From a cyanobacterium endosymbiont of Epithemia turgida isolate EtSB Lake Yunoko (GTDB lineage: Bacteria; Cyanobacteriota; Cyanobacteriia; Cyanobacteriales; Microcystaceae), in the NCBI RefSeq assembly GCF_000829235.1, contig NZ_AP012549.1, forward strand, positions 1,140,001 to 1,172,000: a stretch of DNA of 32,000 nucleotides, in the 5' to 3' direction. Position numbers and translations under genes: made by a program. Positions within the stretch are counted from its first letter, which is position 1. Each line of letters starts with the position of its first letter. The notes below the pieces were generated by a model. It ran no database searches. It saw only the letters and a list, made by a program, of their open reading frames with translations, and had not been told where the DNA came from. Shown piece after piece: positions 29,760 through 32,000 of this stretch.

Positions 29760-30772
29760 GTTTTTGGCCTCTTAGTCGTCGTTATCGCCCCAAACAATTT
29801 CTCTGTCTTGATAGTAGTGGACAGAGTTTATTACAATCAACGGCTGACCGTCTACTTCCCCTAGCCCAAAATTGGGATAATCTTTGGGTAATTACCTCGG
29901 TTGCTATTGCTGGTGGGGTTCGAGAACAATTACCAGAGTTAGCTGAAGGGAACCTCTTGGTGGAAACTGAAGGAAGGGATACTGCCCCTGCAGTAGCTTG
30001 GGCTACTCTAAAAGTGGCTGAACGTTGTGGACCAGATGCAGTCGTTGGCTTTTTTCCTGCTGATCATTTAATCGCTGATATTCAAGGGTTTGAAACAACC
30101 CTCAAAGCTTGTTCCCAGTTAGCTATGGCTAAAGATGCCATTGTCACCTTAGGCATTAAACCTAGCTATCCCTCCACAGGCTATGGTTATATTGAACAAG
30201 GAGAAAAACAGGGCGGTTGTGAGAAACTGCCAATCTATCGTGTCAGTCGCTTTACTGAAAAACCTGATCAAGAAACTGCCCAATCTTTTATTGCAACAGG
30301 AAAGTTTAGCTGGAATAGTGGGATGTTTATTTTTCGAGCAGAAGTCGTCCTCAAAGAACTAGAAACCTATGCTCCTAAGATGATGCAATTGTTGAAGGAT
30401 AAAGGGGAAGCAGCTTATTCTGAATTAGATAAGATAAGTATTGACTATGCCCTGATGGAAAAGACAAAATTAGCCTATGTTTTACCAGCTAATTTTGTTT
30501 GGGATGATTTGGGAGACTGGATTTCTTTAGAAAGACTTACCAAAAGAAACGGGGCTAATATGGATTTAGCTAATCACGTTCATTTGGATACTCAAGGGAC
30601 GATCGCTTATTCGAGTGACAAAAACCATATTATTGCTACTATTGGATTAGAAGATATGGTAATTGTGCACGACAGGGATGTTACCCTAGTGGTTGGGAAA
30701 GAACGTACTCAAGACATAAAAAAACTATTAGAGTTATTGCAAGCTAATGAACAATTAGAAAGATATTTGTAA
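29711..30772 (+). CDS. mannose-1-phosphate guanylyltransferase (short, NTP-transferase-only form)
   Basis: 353 aa with the N-terminal nucleotide-binding loop VILAGGKGGRFWPLSR, FPADHLI, and GYGYIE..FTEKPD..FSWNSGMFIF. Confidence 0.85.
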   Translation: MTQALISVILAGGKGGRFWPLSRRYRPKQFLCLDSSGQSLLQSTADRLLPLAQNWDNLWVITSVAIAGGVREQLPELAEGNLLVETEGRDTAPAVAWATLKVAERCGPDAVVGFFPADHLIADIQGFETTLKACSQLAMAKDAIVTLGIKPSYPSTGYGYIEQGEKQGGCEKLPIYRVSRFTEKPDQETAQSFIATGKFSWNSGMFIFRAEVVLKELETYAPKMMQLLKDKGEAAYSELDKISIDYALMEKTKLAYVLPANFVWDDLGDWISLERLTKRNGANMDLANHVHLDTQGTIAYSSDKNHIIATIGLEDMVIVHDRDVTLVVGKERTQDIKKLLELLQANEQLERYL

Positions 30773-30979
30773 ATATTCACATCGACTAAAATGATTGATG
30801 ATGACTTTAGTACCTAAAAAATTATTGACTATTAATACTAGTTCTTCCAAGCTATGAGTATGATTAGTTTATAACTAACGACTTCTAAAATTCCTATTCT
30901 GAACTATGCTCTGATACTCCCAAAAACCTTCGATTTTGGCTTATTGTAGTGTTATCACAGCAAGTCGAGAAGAGCCTTA

Positions 30980-32000
30980 GTGTTTTCTTTTACTAAAACT
31001 AGTGTACGTCAACGGGAAATTATCGAAATAGTTATCGGTAATAGCTGGCACTATATACGAGGGCTATTGACATTAGGAAAAGTTGATAAACCTCAAGTTC
31101 CCCCACCAGAGGTTTTACGAAATATTTTAGTAGAATTTGGTCCATTTTATCTAAAATAAGGACAAATTATTAGTACTTGTCCTGATATTCTTTCTCCTAG
31201 TTATATTAGAGTGTTAACTGCTCTACAAGCTAATGTTCCTCCTGTGTGTTGGTCTAAAATCGAAGAAATACTTTTCCAAGAATTACAAAAACTTTTAGAG
31301 AATATATTTCAAACCATTAATCATGAACCAATTGCAGCCGGTTCTATTGCTCAAATTTATCGGGACACTTTAATCAATGGAACCGAAGTGGCAATTGAAA
31401 TCCAACGGACAGGAATTGATATAATTGTTGCCGAAGATATTGCTTTAATTGAAGGAATTACTTAGTTAGTTTCTTTCACGGAGTTTAAACAAAATTATGA
31501 CATTGTTAAATTAATAGACGAGTTTGCTCGAGCTATTAAGTCAGAATTAAATTTTACCCAAGAGGGACACTATACCGAGTACATCAGCCGAAATTTAGCA
31601 ACGAGTAGCTGATTCGATACTAAACTAAATATTTAGTCGTTCCTCAAGTATATTGGGAAGTTAGCATGAAAAAAATTCTAGTTCTGGAATGGTTAAATGG
31701 TCAACCAATTCTTAATGTAAATTTCAGTATCACTCCTAGTCAGAAATCTCTTAAGAAGAGAAAACAAGAGATAACAACCTTACTATTTAGAGCTTTGATA
31801 TAAAATCTATTTATTTAAAAACTCCTCGGCAAATCGAGATATTATTAAATCGTTTATCCTCAGAAACTTTACAATGGAATTTGCGCATAAAAGAATTAAA
31901 TCTTCTAGGCTGTAGTGTTGATACTTCTGCTAATCGTCTATCTTGTAGTATCGTTTTAAGTTCATTAATTGTAGTAGTTGCTATTATTTATAATAATTCC
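30980..32000 (+). pseudogene. ABC1/UbiB-family atypical kinase pseudogene (runs off the right edge)
   Basis: Colinear blocks: RQREIIEIVIGNSWHYIRGLL..PPPEVLRNILVEFGPFYLK*GQIISTCPDILSPSYIRVLTALQANVPP, EPIAAGSIAQIYRDTLINGTEVAIEIQRTGI, YDIVKLIDEFARAIKSELNFTQEG and the later LQWNLRIKELN. In-frame stops lie at 31157 and 31463, with further stops, frameshifts and an internal deletion after about 31600. Confidence 0.8.

Noticed and set aside
29575-29775. 66-aa ORF overlapping the guanylyltransferase start, considered as an independent gene.
   Set aside because: It is explained by the 49-bp tandem duplication: the copy-1 ATG reads out of frame through copy 2. It is not an independent protein gene, and I report it under findings instead.
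1-32000. HIP1 (GCGATCGC), the highly iterated cyanobacterial palindrome.
   Set aside because: I spotted only 7/8 variants (for example ACGATCGC near 30600, GCGATCAC near 15182 and 21893) and no perfect copy. This is interesting as a possible decay signature, but I cannot guarantee an exhaustive scan by eye, so I did not report it as a finding.

Overview
The window reads as AT-rich cyanobacterial chromosome of Cyanothece/Crocosphaera-like ancestry in an advanced state of reductive decay. By my coordinates, intact housekeeping genes cover about 51% of the 32 kb: leuD, queG, lepB, pyrC, stpA, a DUF445 gene, ppc, dnaX, a BI-1 family gene, a DUF3288 gene, prfB, a GHL10/DUF187 hydrolase, rpmB and a mannose-1-phosphate guanylyltransferase. 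About 16% is recognisable pseudogene. The rest is very AT-rich DNA with no ORFs, including two deserts of 2.3 kb and 1.4 kb. The pseudogenes are not random. They hit pigment and light functions (chlB, an HLIP/hli gene, a probable cpcT-type bilin lyase) and free-living surface or regulatory functions (a SigF-like sigma factor, a cyanoexosortase, an ABC1 kinase, a pentapeptide-repeat protein). From this I infer a non-photosynthetic cyanobacterial endosymbiont, of the spheroid-body type found in rhopalodiacean diatoms; this is inference, not a database result. I found no rRNA, tRNA, CRISPR array, transposase or phage gene, and no coherent multi-gene novel system such as a defence island or biosynthetic cluster. 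Three signals are not explained by ordinary annotation. (1) There is a set of long, perfect inverted repeats with stems of 12-26 bp, far more than chance allows. Three have a gene's stop codon embedded in the first arm, and others sit orphaned inside decayed DNA. (2) A diverged 49-bp tandem duplication of the 5' end of the guanylyltransferase gene creates an out-of-frame overlapping upstream ORF. (3) The prfB programmed +1 frameshift site is retained. All protein assignments rest on motif and family recognition from memory and need a homology search to confirm.
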